Assembly: GCA_048881705.1 (NCBI GenBank)
Contig: JBHLSH010000021.1
Location: forward strand, 1 to 46,670
From: Candidatus Heimdallarchaeota archaeon
Lineage (GTDB): Archaea; Asgardarchaeota; Heimdallarchaeia; Hodarchaeales; Hodarchaeaceae
Length of the DNA: 46,670 nucleotides
Direction: 5' to 3'
Under the pieces are notes generated by a model. That model saw only the letters and a list, made by a program, of their open reading frames with translations, was not told the DNA's origin and did no database searches. Of this stretch, positions 9,088 through 19,443 are shown piece after piece (the stretch's first letter is position 1; every line of letters starts with the position of its first letter). The position numbers and the translations under genes were made by a program.

Positions 9088-11787
9088 TCAAACACTACTT
9101 GCTACTAGATATTGCATGATACCTCCATGTCTAAAATAGTCTATTTCAACTTCAGAATCGATACGTGCCGTCACATTAAACTCAACAGTTGTTCCTGGTT
9201 TTCGTGCAATCACTTTGAGTTTCTTTTTCGGCGTAAGGCCTTCGCTTAATCCAATGATGTCGTATTGCTCTGTGCCATCCAAGTTCAATTCCTGCCAGCC
9301 TTGGCCAGATTCAAATTCAAGTGGTAGTACTCCCATACCAACCAAGTTTGATCGATGAATCCTTTCAAAGTCCTTTGCAATGACGGCCTTAATACCAAGC
9401 AGTGCCGGCCCTTTTCCAGCCCAATCTCGAGAGCTGCCAACCCCGTAAAGACTAGACCCGAGTACAATTAAGGGAATGTCTTCGTCTTGATATTTTTGAG
9501 AAGCCTCATAAACACTCGTAATCTGATTTGTCGGGTGATGGACGGTCCACCAACCCTCTTTTTCGGGGGTGAGCTGGTTTCGAACGCGGATGTTGGCAAA
9601 GGTTCCGCGTACCATTATTTCATGATTTCCTCGACGGGCACCGTAGGTGTTCCAGTCACGGACGGGGATTTCTTGATCAGTTAGGTATTTACCTGCAGGA
9701 CTTGCTTGGGCTATTGCCCCGGCAGGCGAGATGTGATCTGTTGAAACCTTGTCTCCCATCAACATAAGGACTCGTCCTCCACGGATATCTTTGAATTCTC
9801 GTGGCTTTTGCGAGAAGTACCTTGGTTCGAAGTAAGGAGGCTTCTTTACGTATGTGGATTCTGGATCCCATTCAAATAAAGTGGTCGTTGGAGCTTTAAG
9901 ATCTTGCCAATTGGGATCACCTACCGTTATTGTTTCATACTGTTCTTTAAAAATGTCGGGTGTGACGCCCTTGGCAACCTCCTCAAGGATCTCTGTGTTA
10001 GAAGGCCATATGTCTTTCAAATATACTGGATTACCATTCGATGACTTACCTAGAGATTCTTGAGTTAGATCTATGTCCATTGTCCCAGCTAGCGCGTACG
10101 CAACAACCAACATCGGAGAAGCGAGAAAATTTCCTCGTGTTAATTGATGAACCCGTCCAGAATAATTTCGATTTCCAGATAACACAGTAGTCACGTATAA
10201 ATCGTCTTTGAGAATCGCTTGCTCAATATTTGGATGCAATGGGCCGCTGTTTCCGATGCATGTTGTGCATCCATACCCAACAAGGTGAAAACCAAGCGTC
10301 TCCAGATACTTAGTCAACCCAATACGATCAAGATATTGAGTAACTACTTTGGAACCAGGTGCCAGACTAGTTTTAATCCACGGGGGTACTTTTAAACCCA
10401 GTTCAACTGCTTTTTTTGCGACAAGACCCGCGCCAACCAAAACAGAAGGATTAGACGTGTTTGTACAACTTGTTATGGATGCAATGACCAAGTTCCCTTC
10501 GGTGAAGGGTACTGTTTTACCTTCAAGATCCAAGTCTACCGTTATCCTTTTTCGGTTTTTGCTCTCAAAGTGTTCATCCATAAAGCCACGGAGGTTTTTC
10601 TTGGCATTCCCAAGGGTTATTTTCTCCTCCGGATTCAACGGCCCCGCGATGGATGGAGAGATAGCTGATAGGTCAATCTCTATAACATCACTGAATATGG
10701 GGTCAGGAGACTCCGGTGTACGGAATAACCGTTGTTCGCGAGCATATCTCTTAACAAATTTTGACTCACGACAAGTTAAATCAAGATAAGCAATGGTTTG
10801 ATCATCTATTGGGAATAATCCAATTGTAATTCCCATTTCAGGGCTCATATTAGAAACGGTCGCCCTGTCAGGTACGGTAAGGGTGGAAACGCCTGGTCCG
10901 AAGTATTCCACAAACTTACCTACCAAACCACGTTTTCTGAGATCTGCAGTTATTGTTAGAACTAGATCGGTCGCGGTTGTGCCTTCTGGAAGTTTTCCTG
11001 TTAATTTCACACCAATAACTTCAGGTAGGGGCATGTAATAGGGTTGCCCAAGCATTACAGCCTCAGCTTCGATGCCGCCAACCCCCCATCCGATTACCCC
11101 CACTCCATTAACCATTGGAGTGTGTGAATCGGTCCCCACGCAGGTGTCAATGACCGCGGTTGATTCTCCTTTTAATTCTCTTAAATCGACAACGGATGCT
11201 AGATATTCTAGATTTACTTGATGTACTATTCCGCTTCCAGTGGGAATTATTCTGGTGTTTTCAAAGCTAGCTTGAGCCCATTTGATTAGCTTGTAGCGTT
11301 CCGTATTCCTCTCGTATTCTCTTTCCAAATTCAAAGCAAATGCATCGGACCGCTGCGCATAATCGATCTGGATACTGTGATCAATTACTAGATCCGTTGG
11401 AATCAAAGGATTGATTTTAGAAGCGTCCCCTCCCAAATCAGAAACTGCTTCTCTAATGGCAGCCATATCCACAATAAGTGGTACACCCGTCAGATCTTGA
11501 AGGAGAACTCGCGCAGGCATGTACGGGATTGTGGTCCCAGTCGCGTTGGGCCAGCCAGCAATTGACGTGATATCTTCAACTGTCACCAGGCGACCATCGA
11601 AGTTACGCAGTGCATTTTCAAGAAGAATCCGAATAGAGAAAGGGATTTTGTCTAAATCGTCTATTGTCATCCCTACCTGCTCTGCGAAAGCGGGAAGGCT
11701 ATAAATGACGCATTCTCCTTTTCCCAAATCGACCTTTTTCTTCACTTTAGTTAGTATTTCTTCTGTAATAGGCATCATTAAGGACAT
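9088..11787 (-). CDS. acnA: Aconitate hydratase A
   Basis: RVLLQDLTGVP, DHSIQ, GIVHQVNLEYLA, GTDSHT, SCTNTSN and GYGCTTCIGNSG (three 4Fe-4S Cys), LSGNRN, STDHISPAG, GSSRDWA, FERIHRSNLVGMG. The ORF track extends to 11856; the real start is likely ATG11787 or ATG11778 (GGAGA upstream). Confidence 0.98.
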   Translation of the reverse strand: MSLMMPITEEILTKVKKKVDLGKGECVIYSLPAFAEQVGMTIDDLDKIPFSIRILLENALRNFDGRLVTVEDITSIAGWPNATGTTIPYMPARVLLQDLTGVPLIVDMAAIREAVSDLGGDASKINPLIPTDLVIDHSIQIDYAQRSDAFALNLEREYERNTERYKLIKWAQASFENTRIIPTGSGIVHQVNLEYLASVVDLRELKGESTAVIDTCVGTDSHTPMVNGVGVIGWGVGGIEAEAVMLGQPYYMPLPEVIGVKLTGKLPEGTTATDLVLTITADLRKRGLVGKFVEYFGPGVSTLTVPDRATVSNMSPEMGITIGLFPIDDQTIAYLDLTCRESKFVKRYAREQRLFRTPESPDPIFSDVIEIDLSAISPSIAGPLNPEEKITLGNAKKNLRGFMDEHFESKNRKRITVDLDLEGKTVPFTEGNLVIASITSCTNTSNPSVLVGAGLVAKKAVELGLKVPPWIKTSLAPGSKVVTQYLDRIGLTKYLETLGFHLVGYGCTTCIGNSGPLHPNIEQAILKDDLYVTTVLSGNRNYSGRVHQLTRGNFLASPMLVVAYALAGTMDIDLTQESLGKSSNGNPVYLKDIWPSNTEILEEVAKGVTPDIFKEQYETITVGDPNWQDLKAPTTTLFEWDPESTYVKKPPYFEPRYFSQKPREFKDIRGGRVLMLMGDKVSTDHISPAGAIAQASPAGKYLTDQEIPVRDWNTYGARRGNHEIMVRGTFANIRVRNQLTPEKEGWWTVHHPTNQITSVYEASQKYQDEDIPLIVLGSSLYGVGSSRDWAGKGPALLGIKAVIAKDFERIHRSNLVGMGVLPLEFESGQGWQELNLDGTEQYDIIGLSEGLTPKKKLKVIARKPGTTVEFNVTARIDSEVEIDYFRHGGIMQYLVASSV

Positions 11788-11962
11788 TCTCCAAGAGAAC
11801 ATTTGTGGAGATAAGAATGGTTTTGTAGAGACTATCTCTTCAAAAAAAAGTAACATGTGAAAGATGTGGCGGGGCCATTTTAAGGTTTCGGGTCACCTTC
11901 AACATTGTTTTTAGTTTTTCCACCACTTTTTCTTTGATACTGAGGGTGTGCGCCTTAAGAAA

Positions 11963-12727
11963 TTATTGCGATTTCTTTTGTAATATTCTCTTGGCCTCCC
12001 GAAGATGTTCTTGAAGTTCTGTCTCATTATATGTTATGGTGGGAGAGGCTAGAAGTTGTAAAACACCTGTAGTTCTATACCCACCATTTCGAAGTGTTGA
12101 TATTAGTTCCCTTTCAATTGTAGGAATTAAAAAAGTATAATGAATGATCTTATCCATAGCTAAGACATATCTTGACCATACTTTGGACTCTTTATCGATC
12201 CTATCCACAAGCCGCCTACGTAATCGCTGCCAATGTGCTTCAATCTCGGAAAGGGATCTTTCAATCAGTGCAGTGATTTCCTCGGGCTCAGAATATATCG
12301 TTCTAAATGAAGCAATCACTGCCATTGGATAAAAGGGGGTATGATGTTGCTCCTCCTTGTCATTTGCATCATCATAGAAATAATAGTCTCTAATTGTACT
12401 CTCCCCCCATCGAAACGGGATTAATATGTAGTATCCACGTAAAATCGCGATAATCTCTTCTGTGTCAGGATTCTCCGCCCATAATGAGAAAAGTCTTGCT
12501 GTTCGCGTATCTAAATCAGGAATATCAGTCTTTAGATGAGAATGGAGATTTGTAAAGTCGATATTAATTGGTCCAAGTTCCTCCATTAATGTAGTGGAGT
12601 AGATCACCTTTCCCTCTTTTCCGTACAATCTATCGATAACTGCTTTCATCTCAAAGCTAAATAATCGTTCTCTATCGATTGAGGATGAGAGGCCATCGTG
12701 AAAACGAAGTTGTTGGATCTTCTTCAT
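11963..12727 (-). CDS. Hypothetical protein, possible divergent GNAT-like fold
   Basis: 254-aa ORF with an ATG start. The strand/helix pattern IIAILRGYYIL...MAVIASFRT...LIERSLSEI...TFLIPTIERELISTLRNGGYRTTG only weakly resembles GNAT. Confidence 0.6.
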   Translation of the reverse strand: MKKIQQLRFHDGLSSSIDRERLFSFEMKAVIDRLYGKEGKVIYSTTLMEELGPINIDFTNLHSHLKTDIPDLDTRTARLFSLWAENPDTEEIIAILRGYYILIPFRWGESTIRDYYFYDDANDKEEQHHTPFYPMAVIASFRTIYSEPEEITALIERSLSEIEAHWQRLRRRLVDRIDKESKVWSRYVLAMDKIIHYTFLIPTIERELISTLRNGGYRTTGVLQLLASPTITYNETELQEHLREAKRILQKKSQ

Positions 12728-12910
12728 GAACTAATCAATCCTGAATAGGGGGAGATGAAAACCTATTAAATATGGGAGAGAAATCTGGACTCCGAGAATT
12801 CTCTCATTCTTCGTAAACGGGGTAATTTTACTGGGATTGACACTGTGGTCTCTGGTGGTTCATGTCGCATCATTTCCTTTTAAAAGTCTCATTCGAGGGC
12901 ACCAGATAGA

Positions 12911-13210
12911 GTGGTGACCGAAATTTTGGTCGTGACAGTGACATTTTATGGGCCATTACAAAGATGGGCGGGAAAAACAGTATTCTTTGCTGATGGTAAT
13001 ACTGTTCGACAAGTATTTGACGCTCTAGAAACGGAACTTGGCAAATCCCTTGTAGATCATCTTATAAACACCAAAACTGGACAAATTAAAAGTCATTTCC
13101 ATGTTCTTTTGAACGGGAAAGATATTGAGCTCATGGATGGATTTGAACAACGGGTTTCTAACGGAGATAACATCGTTTGTGTTCCCCCCGTAGGGGGTGG
13201 ATGTCGTTGA
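12911..13210 (+). CDS. moaD: MoaD/ThiS/SAMP-family ubiquitin-like sulfur carrier
   Basis: VTFYGPLQRWAG...TVRQVFDAL...VLLNGKDI...VSNGDNIVCVPPVGGG beta-grasp pattern, directly upstream of an AOR-family gene. It ends GGGCR rather than GG. Confidence 0.88.
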   Translation: MVTEILVVTVTFYGPLQRWAGKTVFFADGNTVRQVFDALETELGKSLVDHLINTKTGQIKSHFHVLLNGKDIELMDGFEQRVSNGDNIVCVPPVGGGCR

Positions 13211-13344
13211 TAAGACAAATCATCCTATTTTACTTTGAGAGAGGGTTTAAACAAATATTAGTGCGATAGGAATGACATTCTTAAGGGGGTGCAAATTCCT
13301 CAGGATTCAGATTTTAGATCCTGAATTCGAAGAGATGTTTCAGT

Positions 13345-15540
13345 ATGACCTCTAAAGTGCTCGCAGAATTAGATTACGAACTTTTGTCTATTCGAAAGGG
13401 CTATGCTGGCCGGATACTGTATGTAAACCTTTCGACAAACGAAATAAGGATTAAACCAGTTACTGAGGAGATGCGAGAGAAGTTTATTGGAGGGAAGGGA
13501 TTTGACTTGTACCTTATGTGGCATTCTCTACCTCGAGATCGGATCGTGAAATGGAACGATGCCGAAAATGAGATTTGTATCGCATCTGGCCCGTTAGGAG
13601 GAACTACGACATATCCAGGTTCAGGAAAATCGATAGTTACTACAATCAGTCCCTTGACGGGAATTATCATAGACAGTAATGTTGGCGGTTATTACGGACC
13701 CTATCTTAAATTTAGCGGATTTGATGCCATCGAAATCCAAGGTAAAGCGACGACAGAAGTCATTATCTTTGTAGACGGTGACAGGGGAGTGGTACGTATA
13801 GAGGAAGCTGATCAAAAACTTTCAGAAATGTCCCATCAATTAACCCAACAGCTTACTGAACATTATTCCGTCGATCCATCCAGTCGAGAAAAGTTTCGTG
13901 TTTCAGTGGTGTCGTCAGGCATCGCGTCCAAACACATCAAATGGGGCTGTTTGAATTTTTCGTGGTACGACAAAAAGCGTGACTGGGCATCGTATAAGCA
14001 AGCAGGCCGAGGTGGTATCGGTACTGTATTTCGAGATAAAAAGATTATGGCACTTGTATGTCGTTCACCCAGAGTTAATTCTAAAATAAACAATCCTGTT
14101 GATTATGATAGAGTGATTCAGGTTGGAAGAGCTCATAACAGGGAGATTATGGAGAATGACCCCAAACAGAACGAAATGCGGGTGGTGGGCACCGGCCATC
14201 TGCCCGAAATAATGAATGACTTTGATCTGTTACCAACAAATAATTTTCAATATGGAGCACACTTGGAACTTAAGGGGGAAGATTTTCCATTTACTCGTGA
14301 GATTTGGCGGAATGTTTATACTGACACGGGCAAGGGTGGTGATGGTTGTTGGATAGGTTGTACAGTTGCGTGTTCCCATGTGGTTTTAGGTAGGCATGTC
14401 GTGCTTACAGGGCCATTCAAGGGACAGACAGTAACGGTCGATGGCCCAGAATATGAGACAATAGCTGGGTGTGGATCGAACTGGGGAGTTTGGGATCCCA
14501 AATGGGTCTTAGAAGCGAATTTCTACTGTGATACATATGGTATTGATACCATATCAGCCGGAACCGGTATTGGGTTCGTCATGGAGTGTTACGAAGCAGG
14601 TATTCTTTCAAAGGAAAATACTGAGGGGCTTGAACTCAAGTTTGGGAATGCAAAAGCCGCGTTGGAATTAATTCATCAAATGGCCCGCGGCGAAGGATTC
14701 GGGGTGATCGTAGGTCAAGGGATAGCAGAGATGAAACAGCATTTTACGGAAAAGTTTGGTGCTGACCCTAAATTCTTATCGGATATCGGAATGGAACATA
14801 AAGGCCTGGAATATTCTGAATATGTCACTAAGGAGTCTCTTGCACAACAAGGAGGTTACGGTCTCACCCTGAAAGGACCCCAACATGACGAGGCTTGGCT
14901 AATATTTGAGGATATGGTGCGTAATAATCTACCTACCTTTGAAGATAAGGCAGAGGCACTCGCATGGTTTCCATACTTTCGAACATGGTTTGGCCTGAAT
15001 GGGCTGTGTAAACTGCCCTGGAACGACATAGTGCCGCCGAATAACAATGAAAATCCGCAAAAACCACTAACATTACCTCACGCCAGAGCGAAAATTCCCA
15101 AACATGTGGACTGGTATACCGAGTTCTTTAACGGCACTGTAGGTACCGATTACTCACAAAACGACATAATTGGAATGAGTGAGCGTGTCTATAATTTCCA
15201 AAGGATCTTTAATATTCGCCAAGGAAAAGGACTCCGAGAACATGATTCTCGGCCTCCTTATCGATCAATGGGGCCTGTTACAGTAAAGGAATACGAAAGT
15301 AGGGCTGAAAGGTATGACCAACAGCTACAGGAAGAGATAGGGATAAGTCCTGAAGGTAAGAATAGCAGGGAGAAATTAAGAATCATACGGAAATATCGTG
15401 AAGAACGATATCGAAAACTTCAAGATGCGGTTTATACCCGTAGAGGTTGGAACCGTAACGGTGTACCAACTGTAAAAAAGGTCACTGAGCTCGGAATAGC
15501 CTATGATGATGTACTTCAGATTATTTCCCCTTATCAATGA
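13345..15540 (+). CDS. aor: Aldehyde:ferredoxin oxidoreductase family (W/Mo-pterin) enzyme, long type
   Basis: GYAGRILYVNLS, FIGGKG, SPLTG..IDSNVGGYYGPYLKFSGFDAI, AGRGGIG, CWIGCTVAC, GPEYET, GIDTISAG, GLCKLPW. Confidence 0.93.
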   Translation: MTSKVLAELDYELLSIRKGYAGRILYVNLSTNEIRIKPVTEEMREKFIGGKGFDLYLMWHSLPRDRIVKWNDAENEICIASGPLGGTTTYPGSGKSIVTTISPLTGIIIDSNVGGYYGPYLKFSGFDAIEIQGKATTEVIIFVDGDRGVVRIEEADQKLSEMSHQLTQQLTEHYSVDPSSREKFRVSVVSSGIASKHIKWGCLNFSWYDKKRDWASYKQAGRGGIGTVFRDKKIMALVCRSPRVNSKINNPVDYDRVIQVGRAHNREIMENDPKQNEMRVVGTGHLPEIMNDFDLLPTNNFQYGAHLELKGEDFPFTREIWRNVYTDTGKGGDGCWIGCTVACSHVVLGRHVVLTGPFKGQTVTVDGPEYETIAGCGSNWGVWDPKWVLEANFYCDTYGIDTISAGTGIGFVMECYEAGILSKENTEGLELKFGNAKAALELIHQMARGEGFGVIVGQGIAEMKQHFTEKFGADPKFLSDIGMEHKGLEYSEYVTKESLAQQGGYGLTLKGPQHDEAWLIFEDMVRNNLPTFEDKAEALAWFPYFRTWFGLNGLCKLPWNDIVPPNNNENPQKPLTLPHARAKIPKHVDWYTEFFNGTVGTDYSQNDIIGMSERVYNFQRIFNIRQGKGLREHDSRPPYRSMGPVTVKEYESRAERYDQQLQEEIGISPEGKNSREKLRIIRKYREERYRKLQDAVYTRRGWNRNGVPTVKKVTELGIAYDDVLQIISPYQ

Positions 15541-15693
15541 TTAGATCCATTCTTATCAATTTGCTCTTTTCCCTGGCCTTATTCCGGCTTTCATCTCCTC
15601 TAGCTAAGTTTATGTATTATTCAACTCAGGTTAATCACCAACCGTAAACCTAAAATCATTGAGATTCCCAAAAATATCCCTACTGAACGCCCT

Positions 15694-16923
15694 TTGGTAA
15701 AGGTTAGGTCATTGAAGGTCCTATTCCCTGATAGTAATAGGAAAAAAACCATATTACCACCTGCTTTAATCTTTCTAATCCTGTTTTTAACAACCGTTCA
15801 AACCTATCACGCCATGGAAGGCGTAGTACCTCAATTAATCAAACCTCTCCCTCTTATCTCTGCAGGTCCTTCCTTGACTCAACATTTATCGTACAGCTCC
15901 CATCCTCCAATAAGCATTGATGGAGATCAAGATTTTACAGCTCAGGCATTAGTTGAGGGATGGTCAGGGAACGGAACTATAACCTCCCCGTACGTAATTG
16001 AGGGGTATAAAATTACTGGATTATATGACACAGATTTAATCGCAATCAAGAATACGGATCTATCATTCAGAATTAGTAATTGCTATCTATTAGGTGGTCA
16101 TTATGGCATTTCTCTAAAGAGCGTCAAAAATGGGTTTATTTCAGATAACAATTTACAAAACAACAGTGATGGTGGAGTTATAGCATGGAGCGCTGAAAGA
16201 CTCGATATCTTGAAAAATTCGGTCGCGTATGCTGGTGGAAACGGGATATCTTTACAATTTTTAGGAAATATCCATATATCATATAATCTCGTTAAAAATA
16301 GTGATCGAGTGGGAATGGTCATTCAAAACGCCAATGAAAGCGTCATTTCGACTAATCTTGTGATTAAAAACAATCTAGCGGGAATTTCCTCCAGATATAT
16401 GGAGAATAGTATTATTTCTGATAACAATTTCTCCTCTAACTATGGCGACGGAATCTCTCTTGACATCTCTAAGAATAGTACTCTTTCAGAAAATATCGTA
16501 GCCAATAACACTGGCGCTGGGATTTCTCTTTCTTTCTCTGATGGTAGTAAGATATCGGATAACCTCATTAGGAGGAATAATAGACTGGGTATCTACCTTT
16601 TTTCCTCCCATTCTTGCTCGGTAAATTGGAACGAGTTAATTGAGAATAACCCCACAGGCCTTTCTCAAGCCTATGATAATGGTAGACAGAATCTATTTGC
16701 CTATAATTATTGGAATGATTGGATAGAACCTGATCGAAACCTCGATGGTCTTGTTGACACCCCTTATCGGATAGATGGTCCCGCAGCAAACAGAGATCAC
16801 TTTCCCAGAACCTTGCCCATTGATAATCCTACAAACAGATTCCCTGAACATATTCTTGTAAATCTGATCCTGATAGCTATCATTGTAGTTGCATTAAGTG
16901 TTTCATTTTGGAAAAAGCAGTAA
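15694..16923 (+). CDS. NosD-like right-handed parallel beta-helix surface protein with C-terminal membrane anchor
   Basis: Repeated GI.L..S.N..I..N.I..N units, SIDGDQDF...WSGNGT..SPYVIEG head, YNYWNDW...PY.I.G..ANRD.FP tail, and a terminal TM followed by KKQ. Confidence 0.88.
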   Translation: MVKVRSLKVLFPDSNRKKTILPPALIFLILFLTTVQTYHAMEGVVPQLIKPLPLISAGPSLTQHLSYSSHPPISIDGDQDFTAQALVEGWSGNGTITSPYVIEGYKITGLYDTDLIAIKNTDLSFRISNCYLLGGHYGISLKSVKNGFISDNNLQNNSDGGVIAWSAERLDILKNSVAYAGGNGISLQFLGNIHISYNLVKNSDRVGMVIQNANESVISTNLVIKNNLAGISSRYMENSIISDNNFSSNYGDGISLDISKNSTLSENIVANNTGAGISLSFSDGSKISDNLIRRNNRLGIYLFSSHSCSVNWNELIENNPTGLSQAYDNGRQNLFAYNYWNDWIEPDRNLDGLVDTPYRIDGPAANRDHFPRTLPIDNPTNRFPEHILVNLILIAIIVVALSVSFWKKQ

Positions 16924-17157
16924 ATGCATAGTTATTGTATGACAAACATGAGCTTAGGTGGGTTATTTTTACTGGAAGCGAGATTTGGTCGTGCTTTACA
17001 TAGATAAGCCTGATGATTAAGCCCCCAAATCATGGCCATGATCTTAGGTCTGAATTTAAAAGAATGATACAAAGACTTGATAGGAATATTAGGTTCTGGA
17101 AACTTGCTGGAATTATGATGAAAGCATACGGAGCGATTCTCAACGATATCAGGAATA

Positions 17158-19443
17158 ATGCTGAAAAAAAGCTGTGTTCGGATTAATACAGTTTTTCCGA
17201 TTCTTCTTTTGATCATCCTAACGTGGACACCGGCTATAACCTCAAATAGTGCTCATAGTCGTTCCTGGAAGAAGATCTCTTCAACGATTAAACGTAGATT
17301 TATAAATCCAGCTCAAAACTATATTGGTTCTTCTCATCAATATGAAACTCACTCTATCATCTCCATTGACGGGGATGTTGATTTTGCCACCCAAGCACAG
17401 GCAGAGAATTGGCCAGGGAACGGTAGTTCCTCTTTCCCATATATTATAGAGAATTTGGCCATTTCTGGCCCAGGAAGTAGCTTGATACAAATTAAGGATT
17501 CAAATGTCCACTTTTTAATAAGGAATTGTCTTCTAGAAGGCGGACAGATAGGTGTGTACCTCAACGGAATAGTTAATGGACAAATCTACAATAATATCAT
17601 AATTTCCCATAATCTTGGGGGAGTACGGTTGGATAATGCCTTTAATTGCACAATATTCGGCAATAGAATTAATAATAACGGGAATTTTGGACTTTTGCTT
17701 GAGTATTCGAAGGATAACCTGCTTTCAGACAATATCATTTCCAATAATCATGGTGACGGCATTTCTTTTTTGAATTCTGGTAATAATCGAATTTTAAATA
17801 ATAAGTTGATTAATACCGGTTTCAATGTAAATGGTGCTCAGCTTGGTGATTTTGTTCAAACAATAATCGTGAATAATACAGTAAATCAAAAACCCTTGGT
17901 ATATAGTCAGCATAGTCGTGGTTTAACTATTCATGGCGGCGCAGGTCAAGTAATCCTCGTCAATGCTACAGATATATCAATAACGGATCAGACTTTGTCA
18001 AATACATCTATCGGTATTCTAGGTGCATATAGTACGGGCTTATCAATTAGTAATAATATTGTAACAGATAATTCAGGGGATGGAATATTCCTTTTAAAAT
18101 CTCAAACTAATAGGGTAAGGAATAATACATTGAGAAATAACGGGAATACTGGTATCAGTATCGTGGATGCTCTGGATGGTGAGATTTTACGTAATTTGAT
18201 AAGGGATAATGACGGATCTGGTGTATTCGCCTCGGATTCCGAAAGCACCACAATAGGGCTCAATACAATTACTAACAACAATAATCATGGTATTTGGCTT
18301 TCTAATTCTATAAATATCGCCATAACATCAAATTCGGTGATGAAAAATGTTGGGGACGGTCTTAGAATTGAGCGTTCCGAATCTAGTGTAATTTATGGTA
18401 ATCAAATGAGCAATAATGGCATGAACGGAGTTTTTTTGGGAACTTCTAACGGAAACTCGATTAGGGATAATTTTGTCTCAAATAATCTGCGTTCGGGCAT
18501 AGAATTCCTAGATTCAGGTGGAAATAACGTTTTGGATAATAGGTTTATCAACAACGGGATTTCCATGTTTGGAACATCCCAGTTTGGAGGAGGAATCAGG
18601 GCCTACATTCAGGCCGAATTTGATCGTAATTTTGTAAATGATTTGCCCCTAATCTATTGGAAGCATAAAACGGGAGAAACCATTCCCAGTGGTGCGGGAC
18701 AGGTCATTTTGGTGAATAGTAGTGATATCATTATTTCAGGTCAGCATTTGTTCAACTCAATCACCGGCATATTTGCGGTATTTTCGTCTGATCTATACAT
18801 TCACGATAATATAATAGAAAATAACAGTAGGAACGGTATCTCTCTTTTTGGGTCAAAAAACAACAGGCTCAGTAACAATCTAATTATCAATAATAGGGGG
18901 GACGGAATAAGTCTATCTAGTCATGAAAACGGTACTATTATGGGCAATAGTGTTGATAATAATGGGAGAAGTGGGATTTTCTTAGATGACTCTGAATATA
19001 CTTCGATTTTCGGGAATCAGATTGATCATAACTCCGATTGGGGTATTTTGCTTAGTTATTCTAGGATTAATACAATTGAGAGGAATATGATTGGTGACAA
19101 CGACGGTGGAGGAATTTATATGCGTTCTTCGAATCTAAACTATGTATTCTGGAACGATTTTCTTAGTAACGGCCAAGATTCGGGTCATCAGGCCCGAGAT
19201 GATGGCTTAAATAATACCTTTTCATATAACTATTGGGACGATTGGCGAATGCCTGATTCTGATATTAATGGGTACGTAGATAATCCCTACCTGATATTTG
19301 GATCCGCAGCCAATCAGGATAGATTTCCCCGAGTTTCTCAACTAAATGGATTGAATCAGTCTCATACAATCATTAGCTTATTATTGGTTATTATAATTAT
19401 CATCGCCATAGGAGCCTCATACTTGATTCAAAAACTATCTTGA
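17158..19443 (+). CDS. NosD-like right-handed parallel beta-helix surface protein (larger paralogue)
   Basis: Same head (SIDGDVDF...WPGNGSSSFPYIIE) and tail (YNYWDDW...PY.IFGSAANQDRFP) as the upstream gene, many Asn-rich PbH1 repeats, a signal peptide and a C-terminal TM. Confidence 0.9.
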   Translation: MLKKSCVRINTVFPILLLIILTWTPAITSNSAHSRSWKKISSTIKRRFINPAQNYIGSSHQYETHSIISIDGDVDFATQAQAENWPGNGSSSFPYIIENLAISGPGSSLIQIKDSNVHFLIRNCLLEGGQIGVYLNGIVNGQIYNNIIISHNLGGVRLDNAFNCTIFGNRINNNGNFGLLLEYSKDNLLSDNIISNNHGDGISFLNSGNNRILNNKLINTGFNVNGAQLGDFVQTIIVNNTVNQKPLVYSQHSRGLTIHGGAGQVILVNATDISITDQTLSNTSIGILGAYSTGLSISNNIVTDNSGDGIFLLKSQTNRVRNNTLRNNGNTGISIVDALDGEILRNLIRDNDGSGVFASDSESTTIGLNTITNNNNHGIWLSNSINIAITSNSVMKNVGDGLRIERSESSVIYGNQMSNNGMNGVFLGTSNGNSIRDNFVSNNLRSGIEFLDSGGNNVLDNRFINNGISMFGTSQFGGGIRAYIQAEFDRNFVNDLPLIYWKHKTGETIPSGAGQVILVNSSDIIISGQHLFNSITGIFAVFSSDLYIHDNIIENNSRNGISLFGSKNNRLSNNLIINNRGDGISLSSHENGTIMGNSVDNNGRSGIFLDDSEYTSIFGNQIDHNSDWGILLSYSRINTIERNMIGDNDGGGIYMRSSNLNYVFWNDFLSNGQDSGHQARDDGLNNTFSYNYWDDWRMPDSDINGYVDNPYLIFGSAANQDRFPRVSQLNGLNQSHTIISLLLVIIIIIAIGASYLIQKLS

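Noticed and set aside
9285-11704. Numerous 60-146 aa ORFs antisense or out of frame within acnA (similar ones occur within both aor genes, moaA, MFS and purH)
   Set aside because: They are shadows of long, highly conserved genes and have no independent coding signal.
13345-13450. AOR enzymes considered as Tat substrates because tatA and tatC are nearby
   Set aside because: Neither AOR N-terminus has a twin-arginine signal; both start directly with the catalytic domain or a short acidic leader.
16932-17216. 94-aa minus-strand ORF between the beta-helix genes
   Set aside because: It overlaps the start of the downstream gene on the opposite strand and has no motif; likely spurious.
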